Made by a program: the position numbers and the translations under genes. Under the pieces are notes generated by a model that worked only from the letters and a program-made list of their open reading frames with translations, was not told where the DNA came from and did no database searches. A stretch of 64,000 bases of DNA, from the NCBI GenBank assembly GCA_012517235.1, contig JAAYVI010000037.1, positions 15,411-79,410 on the forward strand. The letters are read 5' to 3'. The stretch comes from Elusimicrobiota bacterium. GTDB taxonomy: Bacteria > Elusimicrobiota > Elusimicrobia > Elusimicrobiales > UBA9959. This document shows positions 36,566 through 44,351 of the stretch, piece by piece. The first letter of the stretch is position 1, and each line of letters begins with the position of its first letter.

Positions 36566-37259
36566 TTTTTTTATAATTTCGGCGTTCGTATGTTCTTATT
36601 CCTTTGCGGAAAAAGTAAAGATTAAAACCGAAGACGGATGCGTTATTTACGGAGAAAAACATATTTTCTCATCGTCCTCGACAATACTGCTCGAAATACA
36701 CGGCTTGGGTTCGAATAAGGAAGAATGGAACAAATTTAATACTTTTATAAAAAAAGAAAAAATTAATTATTTGGCCGTAGATTTAAGAGGTCACGGAGAA
36801 AGCATAATCTGCGAAGGACAAAAAATAGATTATAAAAGTTTTTCTAAAGAAGATTGGCAAAAGATACCTCTTGACTTAGATGCCGCCTATTCCTATTTGA
36901 TTAAAAAATACCCCGACTTTAATATAATTCCCGCCGGCGCAAGCATAGGAGCAAATGCCGCGGCAATTTTTTCAAAAAGCAAAAAAATATCCAAACTTAT
37001 TTTATTGTCTCCCGGATACGATTACGGCGGATTAATGCCGGAAAAATATTTATCGGAAAGTAAAGCGAAAATATTATTTTTTTATTCTCCTTCGGACGAA
37101 TATTCGGCCAAATCGTGCTCTTTCTTTAAAAAAATTTGCGATTTTAAAAAACTAAAATGTAATTTTAAAACCGCCCGATACGGACACGGCGTACAAATAT
37201 TCGATTCCGCCGAAGGCGAAACTTACGCCGAAGAAATAATAAACTTTATAAAAAAATAG
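36552..37259 (+). CDS. Secreted alpha/beta-fold hydrolase
   Basis: Signal peptide, HGLGSNKEEW and the nucleophile elbow GASIGA (G-x-S-x-G). Confidence 0.7.
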   Translation: MKIFNFFIISAFVCSYSFAEKVKIKTEDGCVIYGEKHIFSSSSTILLEIHGLGSNKEEWNKFNTFIKKEKINYLAVDLRGHGESIICEGQKIDYKSFSKEDWQKIPLDLDAAYSYLIKKYPDFNIIPAGASIGANAAAIFSKSKKISKLILLSPGYDYGGLMPEKYLSESKAKILFFYSPSDEYSAKSCSFFKKICDFKKLKCNFKTARYGHGVQIFDSAEGETYAEEIINFIKK

Positions 37260-37260
37260 A

Positions 37261-37283
37261 ATATTGACTTGTCAATATTTTTT
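37261..37283 (+). terminator. AT-rich intrinsic terminator after the hydrolase gene
   Basis: ATATTGAC-TT-GTCAATAT perfect inverted repeat followed by T6. Confidence 0.5.
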
Positions 37284-37288
37284 CAATA

Positions 37289-37383
37289 GGACTAAAGACT
37301 GTTTTTTTTCGGGACCAAAGACCATTGATTATAATCAAAGTTCATTGTTCAATATACCTATATTAAACAGGGACTTTGGTCCC
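37289..37383 (+). repeat. Three copies of GGAC(C/T)AAAG(A/T)C (two direct, one inverted) plus a 14-nt palindrome, upstream of the trypsin gene
   Basis: GGACTAAAGAC at 37289-37299 and GGACCAAAGAC at 37312-37322. Inverted GGACCAAAGTCC at 37371-37382. TTGATTATAATCAA at 37325-37338. GGGACCAAAG at 37311-20 is the exact complement of CTTTGGTCCC at 37374-83. Confidence 0.7.
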
Positions 37384-37396
37384 ATGCGGAGGAAAA

Positions 37397-38221
37397 GTGA
37401 AAAAAATAGCATTAGCGGCAATACTCTCGGTCTCGTTTTCAAACGCGAAAGCCGAAGACCTTAACATAGAAAACGTAAACATACCGCAGCTTCTTTCTGC
37501 GGTGGAACTTCCCGCACCTTTAAATCCCGGCATACAAAAGATAGTGGGAGGAGTCGAGGCTAATTCCGGCGAATTTCCGTTTATAGTGTCTCTTCAGCAT
37601 TCCTATTACGGACATTTTTGCGGAGGATCTCTTATAGCCAAAAATTGGATTCTTACGGCGGCGCATTGCGTAGACGGCATAACCCCTTCTTATATCTTGA
37701 TAGGACTTCAAAATCAATCGGATGCTTCTCAGGCCGAAAAATTCACCCCGGTAAAAATAATAAAACATCCCAACTGGGACAGCAATACGATGACGGCAGA
37801 CTATGCTCTCATAAAACTAAGCGGAGAAAGCAAATATCCGGTTATAAAAATGAACTCCAAAGAAATAACCGGCACTCCGACTTTCACGGTTGCCGGATGG
37901 GGAGTTACCAGCGAAAGCTCTCAGTCCGTTTCAAAAAAACTTATGAAAGTCGACGTTCCTTTCGTAGATCAGCAGACATGCTCCTTAGCGTATCCGGACT
38001 CCATAAACGATTATATGATTTGCGCCGGATTTAAAGACGGAGGAAAAGATTCCTGTCAGGGAGACAGCGGCGGTCCTCTCGTAATGGGAACGGGTTCGTC
38101 GAGAGTTTTGGTAGGCGTAGTAAGCTGGGGAGAAGGCTGCGCCAGACCGAACAAATACGGAGTTTATTCCAAAGTTAAAAATGCGGTGGAATGGGTAAAC
38201 TCTCAAATGAAATCCAATTAA
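37397..38221 (+). CDS. Secreted trypsin-like serine protease (chymotrypsin fold, S1A-like)
   Basis: IVGG activation site, TAAHC (His), DYALIKL (Asp), GDSGGPL (Ser), and D before the catalytic Ser region (GKDSCQGDSGGP), giving trypsin-type S1 specificity. The GTG start has GGAGG 4 nt upstream. Confidence 0.9.
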   Translation: MKKIALAAILSVSFSNAKAEDLNIENVNIPQLLSAVELPAPLNPGIQKIVGGVEANSGEFPFIVSLQHSYYGHFCGGSLIAKNWILTAAHCVDGITPSYILIGLQNQSDASQAEKFTPVKIIKHPNWDSNTMTADYALIKLSGESKYPVIKMNSKEITGTPTFTVAGWGVTSESSQSVSKKLMKVDVPFVDQQTCSLAYPDSINDYMICAGFKDGGKDSCQGDSGGPLVMGTGSSRVLVGVVSWGEGCARPNKYGVYSKVKNAVEWVNSQMKSN

Positions 38222-38231
38222 AATTTATTTT

Positions 38232-38261
38232 AAAAAAGCCCCCGAAAGGGGGCTTTTTTTA
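38232..38261 (+). terminator. Intrinsic terminator
   Basis: AGCCCCC-GAAA-GGGGGCT followed by T7. Confidence 0.9.
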
Positions 38262-38332
38262 TTTCCGGTTATATATACACGGTATATGTATATATAATCT
38301 GCGGATTATTTCTCTTATGATTTCACAATCTA

Positions 38333-38361
38333 TTGACATATATACTATGGTATAGTATAAT
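38333..38361 (+). promoter_or_regulatory. Consensus sigma70 promoter with an 8-3-8 palindromic operator in the spacer (csoR operon)
   Basis: TTGACA (38333-38), 17 nt, TATAAT (38356-61). The spacer and -10 contain TATACTAT-GGT-ATAGTATA (38341-38359), i.e. TACT-N7-AGTA. The ATG is 6 nt after the -10 and there is no SD. Confidence 0.75.
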
Positions 38362-38367
38362 ATTTTT

Positions 38368-38640
38368 ATGATAAACGAAGAAACCATAAAAAAAACAAAA
38401 CCGCGTCTCAAAAGAGTCGAGGGGCAAATAAGAGGCATAATAAAAATGATTGAAAAAAAACAATATTGCCTCGATATTTTTCAGCAGATATCGGCCGTTT
38501 GCGGCGCTTTAAAAGGCGTAAATTCGGTAATACTCGAAAATCATCTAAACACATGCGTAAAACACGCCATGTCTTCCGGCGACAAAAAAGCCGTTCAGGA
38601 AAAAATAAAAGAATTAATGAAAATTTACGGTAAATTTTAA
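38368..38640 (+). CDS. csoR: CsoR-family (DUF156) metal-sensing repressor, Cu(I)-type ligand set
   Basis: 90 aa. Cys in YCLDI plus H-x3-C in ENHLNTC gives the x-C-H-C fingerprint of copper-sensing CsoR. Confidence 0.85.
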   Translation: MINEETIKKTKPRLKRVEGQIRGIIKMIEKKQYCLDIFQQISAVCGALKGVNSVILENHLNTCVKHAMSSGDKKAVQEKIKELMKIYGKF

Positions 38641-38641
38641 A

Positions 38642-38851
38642 ATGAAAAATTTAATTATAAAAATAAAAGGATTAAAATGTTCCGGATGCTGCGCATCCCT
38701 AAAATCCGCCTTAGAAGAAAAAGAAGGCATTATATCCGCCGAAATTTCTCTCGAAAAGGGAGAAGCAAAAATAACATACGACGAAAAAATAATCGGCGAA
38801 GATTTGATAGAAAAAACTATCAAAGAAAACGGAAGGGAGGTAATAAAATGA
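38642..38851 (+). CDS. copZ: Heavy-metal-associated (HMA) domain metallochaperone, CopZ-like
   Basis: 69 aa. The ferredoxin-like HMA layout has metal loop GLKCSGCC (CxxC, with an extra Cys) in place of GMTCxxC. Confidence 0.8.
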   Translation: MKNLIIKIKGLKCSGCCASLKSALEEKEGIISAEISLEKGEAKITYDEKIIGEDLIEKTIKENGREVIK

Positions 38852-39348
38852 AAAAAAGCATAATGACCATAGTCTCAATAACGGTATTTTTAGCGCTGTC
38901 TTACGCTCAAAATACCCCATCCCCGGAAAAGACAAAAACGGATAATGCCGTAGTATGTCCGGTAAGCGGAGAAAAGATATCGGTAAACGAAAATACTCCG
39001 AAGACGGAATATAACGGAAAAACTTATTATTTTTGCTGTCAAAACTGCGCGGAGAAATTTAAAAAAGAACCCGCCAAATATGCCTCGCAAGCGGCTGCCG
39101 GAAAAATAAAAATGTGCGGAACTTCCTGCTCATGCGAATGCTGCAAGAACGGTAAATGCGACTGTTCCAAAGGCAAATGCGAATGCAAAGACTGCAAATG
39201 CCACGATAAAGGCGATTGCGACTGCAAAAACGGCAATATGAAAAAGCATAAGTCCCATAAGGGGAAACAATGCGCGAATTGCCCCGATAAAATGAAAGAA
39301 ACAAAAAAAGAACAAACCGTTCAAGCTCCTGCCAAAGAAAGCAAATAA
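38848..39348 (+). CDS. Secreted YHS-domain protein with metallothionein-like Cys-rich C-terminal tail
   Basis: ATG 38848 (ATGA overlap with copZ; GGAAGGGAGG RBS) and signal peptide MKKSIMTIVSITVFLALSYAQ. YHS-like core VCPVSGEKI...YYFCCQNCAEKF. The tail is CGTSCSCECCKNGKCDCSKGKCECKDCKCHDKGDCDCKNG...CANCP. The track ORF from 38677 is an out-of-context 5' extension. Confidence 0.8.
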   Translation: MKKSIMTIVSITVFLALSYAQNTPSPEKTKTDNAVVCPVSGEKISVNENTPKTEYNGKTYYFCCQNCAEKFKKEPAKYASQAAAGKIKMCGTSCSCECCKNGKCDCSKGKCECKDCKCHDKGDCDCKNGNMKKHKSHKGKQCANCPDKMKETKKEQTVQAPAKESK

Positions 39349-39360
39349 TCTAAAACCAAT

Positions 39361-39390
39361 AAAAAAAGCCTCTTATAGAGGCTTTTTTTA
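39361..39390. terminator. Bidirectional intrinsic terminator between convergent genes
   Basis: A7-AGCCTCT-TATA-AGAGGCT-T7. Confidence 0.85.
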
Positions 39391-40530
39391 TTTTAATTTT
39401 TCAAAAGATTTTTTTAAGTCGTATAAGATATCGGATATGTCTTCTATTCCGCATGAAAGTCTTATTAATCCCGGAGTTATTCCCAGTTTCATTCTTTGCT
39501 TTTCCGTTAAAAATCCGTGAGTTTGAACTCTCGGATAATTGGCGAGAGATTCCACTCCCCCCAAGCTGTCGGCCAAAGAAAAAAGGTTTAAAGAAGAAAG
39601 AAATTTTTTAGCAGATTTCTCTCCTCCTTTTATTTCAAAACTTACTATTCCGCAATGACCTCTCATCTGCTTAAGAGCGGCGTAATAACCCTTATGTTCC
39701 TTTAGTCCGGTAAAAAAAACTTTTGAAACTTCTTTTCTTAATTTAAGAAAATCGGCCACCGCAAAAGCGTTCTCCTGATGTTTTTTCATTCTTAATGCCA
39801 AAGTTTTTATCCCTCTCAAAGTAAGCCAGCAATCCCACGGTCCGGGAACGGCGCCGCAGGCATTTTGCTGAAATTTTATTTTTTTAGCCAATTTTTTACT
39901 TTTTACGGCTACAACTCCGCCGATAATATCGCTATGCCCCGCCAGATACTTTGTAGAACTATGAACGCAAATATCCGCTCCCAAAAGCAAAGGATTTTGA
40001 AAAAAAGGAGTCGCAAAAGTATTATCTACCGACAATATGGCTTTATTTTTTTGGCAAAACAAAGCTATTCGTTTTATGTCGCATATTTTTAAAAGAGGAT
40101 TAGACGGGGTTTCAAGCCATACCATAGAGAAAGGGAGTTTAATTCTTTCCAGATTGGAAGGTTTCGACAAGTCCAAATATAAAACTTTTATTCCGTTAGG
40201 CTTTAAAACTTTTTCTACGAGTCTGTATGTCCCCCCGTAAATATCGCAAGAAGCTATTAATCTTTCTCCGGGTCTAAGCAAAGAAAGGACGGCCGTTTCG
40301 GCCGCCATACCCGAGGCAAAAGCATAAGCGCTTTCGGCGCATTCCAGAGAGGCTACGCAATCTTCCAATGCTTTTCTCGTAGGATTTGAGCTTCGAGAAT
40401 AAGTCCATCCCCGGTCTTTCCCCACGGCATCTTGTTTAAAAGTCGACGTTTGATAAATCGGAACATTTACCGAACCGGTTTTTTCGTCGGGCTTTTGTCC
40501 GGCATGTATGAGTTTTGTTTCAAAACGCAT
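39388..40530 (-). CDS. PLP-dependent Cys/Met-metabolism enzyme (cystathionine gamma-synthase/beta- or gamma-lyase family)
   Basis: 380 aa. PLP-lysine motif HSSTKYLAGHSD and N-terminal TKLIHAG. Confidence 0.85.
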   Translation of the reverse strand: MRFETKLIHAGQKPDEKTGSVNVPIYQTSTFKQDAVGKDRGWTYSRSSNPTRKALEDCVASLECAESAYAFASGMAAETAVLSLLRPGERLIASCDIYGGTYRLVEKVLKPNGIKVLYLDLSKPSNLERIKLPFSMVWLETPSNPLLKICDIKRIALFCQKNKAILSVDNTFATPFFQNPLLLGADICVHSSTKYLAGHSDIIGGVVAVKSKKLAKKIKFQQNACGAVPGPWDCWLTLRGIKTLALRMKKHQENAFAVADFLKLRKEVSKVFFTGLKEHKGYYAALKQMRGHCGIVSFEIKGGEKSAKKFLSSLNLFSLADSLGGVESLANYPRVQTHGFLTEKQRMKLGITPGLIRLSCGIEDISDILYDLKKSFEKLK

Positions 40531-41417
40531 CAGTCAAAATAATAAGGCTCGTTAATTTTAGATAATTTATAACTTTCCGGAACAAGAGAGTAGATATCTT
40601 TTCCGGAGTAAAGTATTATCTCATGCAAATCGGAATAAACATCGGCATTTACCGGTTCGAATCTGGAAATATCGGCCATTAAAGACAATATCTGAGCGCC
40701 TTTTTTGTCGGAAGAGAAAGAAAGCAAAGCGTCGGAAATTCTCGCGCAATAATCGGAATTGAATTTTTTTCGGCATATAAAAGGCTCATTGGGCACAGGT
40801 CCCATTATTTGAATAAGTTTAAGTCTCTTGTCGGCTTTTATCATTTTTTCATATACGGCCGCGGCATCGGCTTCTTTGGAAAAAACTTTTTTCACGGAAG
40901 CCTCGTGAGAACCGGTAAAAATAAACTGAGGTTTAATTTTTTCTTTTGCGAAAAACATTCCGGGCAATATAAATCCGCTTATGGAATAAGGATCTCTTGC
41001 GGCTATTTTTTTGCCTTTAAGATCGTCCAAAGAATTTATATTTTTATCGGCAACCGCTATGCCCGCAAAATATTTTTTTTCGCCTTTGCCTCTTACTATT
41101 TGTAAAACGGGATTTGCCTTATAGTCTTGTCTTGCTATTAAATACTCGTTTACGGTAACCAAAGCCGCGTCGGTTTTTCCCGCGCCAAAATCCTTTATTA
41201 AAGAAACCGAATCTCTATAAATCGACAGTTTAACAAAAAAACCGGTTTTGGAGTTCAAATAGCTCTCAAGATAAGACAAATCAGAAGAAGAAAGTTTTTC
41301 GGCATAAGGATAAGAAAGAGCTATAATTATCGGATTATCTTTGGAACCTATGTTTTTTTCGCTTCTGAAACAGGCGAAAAACGTAAAAGCAAAAACTAAA
41401 ATCAAAATTTTTTTCAT
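40530..41417 (-). CDS. PhnD-like (phosphonate-type) periplasmic substrate-binding protein, orphan
   Basis: Lipoprotein-like signal (LVFAFTFFAC) and type-2 SBP layout resembling PhnD (GKKIAARDPYSISGF). No cognate permease or ATPase is adjacent. GGGAGGA RBS. Confidence 0.55.
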   Translation of the reverse strand: MKKILILVFAFTFFACFRSEKNIGSKDNPIIIALSYPYAEKLSSSDLSYLESYLNSKTGFFVKLSIYRDSVSLIKDFGAGKTDAALVTVNEYLIARQDYKANPVLQIVRGKGEKKYFAGIAVADKNINSLDDLKGKKIAARDPYSISGFILPGMFFAKEKIKPQFIFTGSHEASVKKVFSKEADAAAVYEKMIKADKRLKLIQIMGPVPNEPFICRKKFNSDYCARISDALLSFSSDKKGAQILSLMADISRFEPVNADVYSDLHEIILYSGKDIYSLVPESYKLSKINEPYYFD

Positions 41418-41444
41418 AATATCCTCCCAAAATATTTTAACATA

Positions 41445-42959
41445 TTATTTCATATCCTTTATCTTAGAAAGAACTATCATCGAATGCGGCGGGATTTGCA
41501 AAGAATATGCTTTTGATTTGATATCGAAATTTTTTCCCGAATACAAATCGAAATATTTACCCTTTGGAACATTTATATTAATATGCTCTTCTTTATGCGA
41601 TTTATTAAGAAAAACAAATACTTTATCGTCTTCCCAGGTTCTTGAAAAGGCATAAATATCTTTGGAAGAAAAAAGTTTTTTTTGATAACCTTTTCTAAGC
41701 GCCGGATTAGTGCGGCGCAAAGCGTTTAATCTTTTTATATGCGCGTAAATCGGATTATTTTTTGAGGCTTTTATTCCCTCTATCCCGAGCATTTTTCTAT
41801 TATCCGGATCATTGCCTCCGGACATCATTATTTCCGTTCCGTAATAAACACAAGGTATACCTCTGGATGTAAAATAAAAGTTTAAAGCGTCCATATATTG
41901 CTCGACCGAAGCGGGACTGCCGTCCCAGCCGGGAGCGTTAAATCTCGGTTTATCGTGATTGTCCAAATAAGTTACCAGATACGTAGCATCCTTATACTTC
42001 CTGTCATTTTTCAAAATCTCGTCTACGTACGAATAATCTCCGCCCTTAAAAACCTTTTCCAGTTTTCCCCATGTTCCCATAGAAGAACCGGGCATATCTA
42101 AAACGCTCATCGAACTATTCATCGGATCGCCGGGAGAAAGTTTGGTATATTTTGCGAGCAAATCGTAATCGTCGTTTGTCCAGACCTCGCCGAACATAAA
42201 AAAATCTTTTTTATTTTTGTGCATTTCTTCGGTAAATTTTTTCCAAAAAGAATCTTTCATCCATACTACGGTATCTATTCTGAAAGCGTCTACGCCCATA
42301 TCCTGATACTTTTTGTAAATTTCTATCAGCCACTTAACCGTTTCCGGATTATCTTCGTTAAAATCGAGCAAATCCGCTATGACCGGGCCCTTTCTATTAA
42401 ACCAATTTTCCTTATCGTTGTCATAGTCGAATACTTTTCCCATGCCATAGACCTTCCCTTTATCCGAATACCATTTCACCGAAGGATTTACATATCCCCC
42501 GTGGGCGTGATTGGCTACCACATCCTGAATTATTTTAAGGCCTTTTTCATGAGCCGATTTTATCAAATCCGCATAAGAAGCTCCAGGAGATTCCAAATGA
42601 GGATCTATTTTTGAAAAATCCCAAGCCCAATAACCGTGATACCCGGCGGCATCGTAAGATTTATCCAAATTTTGATATCTTCCCGGCGGCTGCATCACCG
42701 GCGGAGTTATCCAAACGGCGGTAAATCCCATATCTTTTATATGTTCCAAATTTTCTATTAATCCCTTAAAATCTCCTCCTTGATAGTATTTCAAATTTCC
42801 GGGGAGATATTCGTCGCCGTAAATATCGTTATTTCTGGGATCTCCGTCGACAAATCTGTCGGTCATTACAAAATATATCGTTTCGTCTCTAAAATCGCGT
42901 TTTTCCAAAGAAAAAGCGGATAAATAAAAACAAAATAGGAAAGTAAATATTTTAATCAT
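41445..42959 (-). CDS. Secreted alpha-amylase (GH13)
   Basis: Conserved regions DVVANH, GVDAFRIDTV, FGEVW and YLDNHD. Signal peptide present. Confidence 0.9.
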   Translation of the reverse strand: MIKIFTFLFCFYLSAFSLEKRDFRDETIYFVMTDRFVDGDPRNNDIYGDEYLPGNLKYYQGGDFKGLIENLEHIKDMGFTAVWITPPVMQPPGRYQNLDKSYDAAGYHGYWAWDFSKIDPHLESPGASYADLIKSAHEKGLKIIQDVVANHAHGGYVNPSVKWYSDKGKVYGMGKVFDYDNDKENWFNRKGPVIADLLDFNEDNPETVKWLIEIYKKYQDMGVDAFRIDTVVWMKDSFWKKFTEEMHKNKKDFFMFGEVWTNDDYDLLAKYTKLSPGDPMNSSMSVLDMPGSSMGTWGKLEKVFKGGDYSYVDEILKNDRKYKDATYLVTYLDNHDKPRFNAPGWDGSPASVEQYMDALNFYFTSRGIPCVYYGTEIMMSGGNDPDNRKMLGIEGIKASKNNPIYAHIKRLNALRRTNPALRKGYQKKLFSSKDIYAFSRTWEDDKVFVFLNKSHKEEHININVPKGKYFDLYSGKNFDIKSKAYSLQIPPHSMIVLSKIKDMK

Positions 42960-42992
42960 TAAGAACCTCCCTTTTTAAGAATTATAACAAAT

Positions 42993-43022
42993 AAAAAACC
43001 CGCGGTTCCCCGCGGGTTTTTG
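42993..43022 (-). terminator. Intrinsic terminator
   Basis: ACCCGCGG-(4-nt loop)-CCGCGGGT flanked by A/T runs. It lies downstream of the S1 peptidase gene. Confidence 0.85.
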
Positions 43023-43035
43023 AGATTTTTAGCTA

Positions 43036-44247
43036 TTAAATAATGTCTTTTATTGCTTGAGGAATTTTCATTATTCCGGTTCCGTAGGCTTCCTGTTCCA
43101 TTCTTACAAGTTTGCCTTTATTGAAAACCTGTACTCCGTTTAAAGAAACTATAAGTTCGAACATCGGCTCTCTATTGCCTATGGAAGTTCCTTTGGGTAT
43201 CATAGCAACATACTTTCCTTCGGAAACCTTTCCTATCTTGGCTTTATATTGTTTTAAAACGGCCACAAGCTGAGGCAATACCTTTTCACCCGCCGTTATC
43301 GTAATCGTTTTCGGATCTATCGATAGGGCTTCGGGAGAAGAAGTATCTATTACTATATAGAAAGCGGCATCGTCTTTAAGTTCGTAATTAAATTCTCCTC
43401 CGAATCCGGTAACCAAAATACCTATTATTTTGTTTGTTTTGGAATCAAATACCGGTCCGCCGGAATTTCCGCCAAAAGCGTCTATATTGGTTTGAAAAAG
43501 AGTTTTTCCGTCTATTTTAACGGTAGCGTCTTCGGGTTTGTCTATTTTAACCGCCAAGCCCAAAGGATATCCTATGGTAAAAACATTTTTCCCGACGGAA
43601 ACGGGAGCGGTTTTCTCAACTTCAAGAACCGCTTTTCCGGAAGGGATTCTATCCAAAGAGCTTAGAGAATAATCGGAATATTTATTAAGCAAATCGTCTT
43701 CGCTTTGAATGTCGGTCGAAAGAGCGTGAACTTTTACCGCGGTAAAAGAAAATACGTCTTCTTTGGGAAATTCCATCGCGGCCGCTGCGTCGGAAGTCAT
43801 TTTCCATCCGAAAACCGCATAAGTATTACCGAAATAATTATCGCTTTTAGGGTCCGACGATATGCAATGTCCGGCGCTTAATATGTATCCTTTACCCACA
43901 TAAGCTCCGGAGCAAAAAGACAAAAGGCTTTGTTTGTAAAAATCTTCCGAAGGGTCCGCATAAAGATTTGCCATGGTCATTTTCTTTTTTATTTTGTATT
44001 TTCCGGCCGCTTGGTCAAAGGTTAAATCCGTTTTTTTGATAAAAGCGACCGTGGAATCGGCCATTTTTTGCAAATAAGGAGCGACTTGATAATAGTCGTT
44101 CATAGAATTAGGACCGAAAATAGCCTTATCGGAAGACATTACGGGGATAGGCAGATTGACATCTTTTTTGAAGTCCGCATTAAAATCTTGAGCGGCGGCA
44201 TTTAGACCCATTATAAGGGTTATTAACAGGATTTTTATGTTTTTCAT
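43036..44247 (-). CDS. Secreted trypsin-like serine peptidase (S1 family, bacterial type) with C-terminal extension
   Basis: SAGHCI (His) and GGNSGGPVF (Ser). Signal peptide MKNIKILLITLIMGLNAAAQ. ATG 44247 has AAGGAG upstream. Confidence 0.8.
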   Translation of the reverse strand: MKNIKILLITLIMGLNAAAQDFNADFKKDVNLPIPVMSSDKAIFGPNSMNDYYQVAPYLQKMADSTVAFIKKTDLTFDQAAGKYKIKKKMTMANLYADPSEDFYKQSLLSFCSGAYVGKGYILSAGHCISSDPKSDNYFGNTYAVFGWKMTSDAAAAMEFPKEDVFSFTAVKVHALSTDIQSEDDLLNKYSDYSLSSLDRIPSGKAVLEVEKTAPVSVGKNVFTIGYPLGLAVKIDKPEDATVKIDGKTLFQTNIDAFGGNSGGPVFDSKTNKIIGILVTGFGGEFNYELKDDAAFYIVIDTSSPEALSIDPKTITITAGEKVLPQLVAVLKQYKAKIGKVSEGKYVAMIPKGTSIGNREPMFELIVSLNGVQVFNKGKLVRMEQEAYGTGIMKIPQAIKDII

Positions 44248-44291
44248 AATATTCTCCTTGACCGATGTCAATATTATAAGACTTTGAATAG

Positions 44292-44331
44292 AAAAAAAAA
44301 ACTTTCCTAAGCCCCATTTGAGAATAGGAAA
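44292..44331 (-). terminator. Possible terminator after metK (large loop)
   Basis: Minus strand reads TTTCCTA-15 nt-TAGGAAA followed by G T10. Confidence 0.4.
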
Positions 44332-44351
44332 AAAGTCCTATACGAAGTATT

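Noticed and set aside
37264-37464. 66-aa plus-strand ORF in the trypsin upstream region.
   Set aside because: It begins inside the terminator palindrome, has no RBS, and runs out of frame into the trypsin signal peptide. The region is better explained as regulatory DNA.
38677-38847. 5' extension of the YHS-protein ORF (track ORF 38677-39348), which would overlap copZ in another frame.
   Set aside because: The extension translates to Arg/Lys-rich junk. A strong RBS (GGAAGGGAGG), an ATG at 38848 and a clean signal peptide mark the real start.
39039-39324. Several 64-81-aa minus-strand ORFs opposite the Cys-rich tail of the YHS protein.
   Set aside because: They are artefacts of the repetitive TGC/AAA-rich coding sequence. 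They have no RBS and sit inside a gene with clear coding logic on the plus strand.
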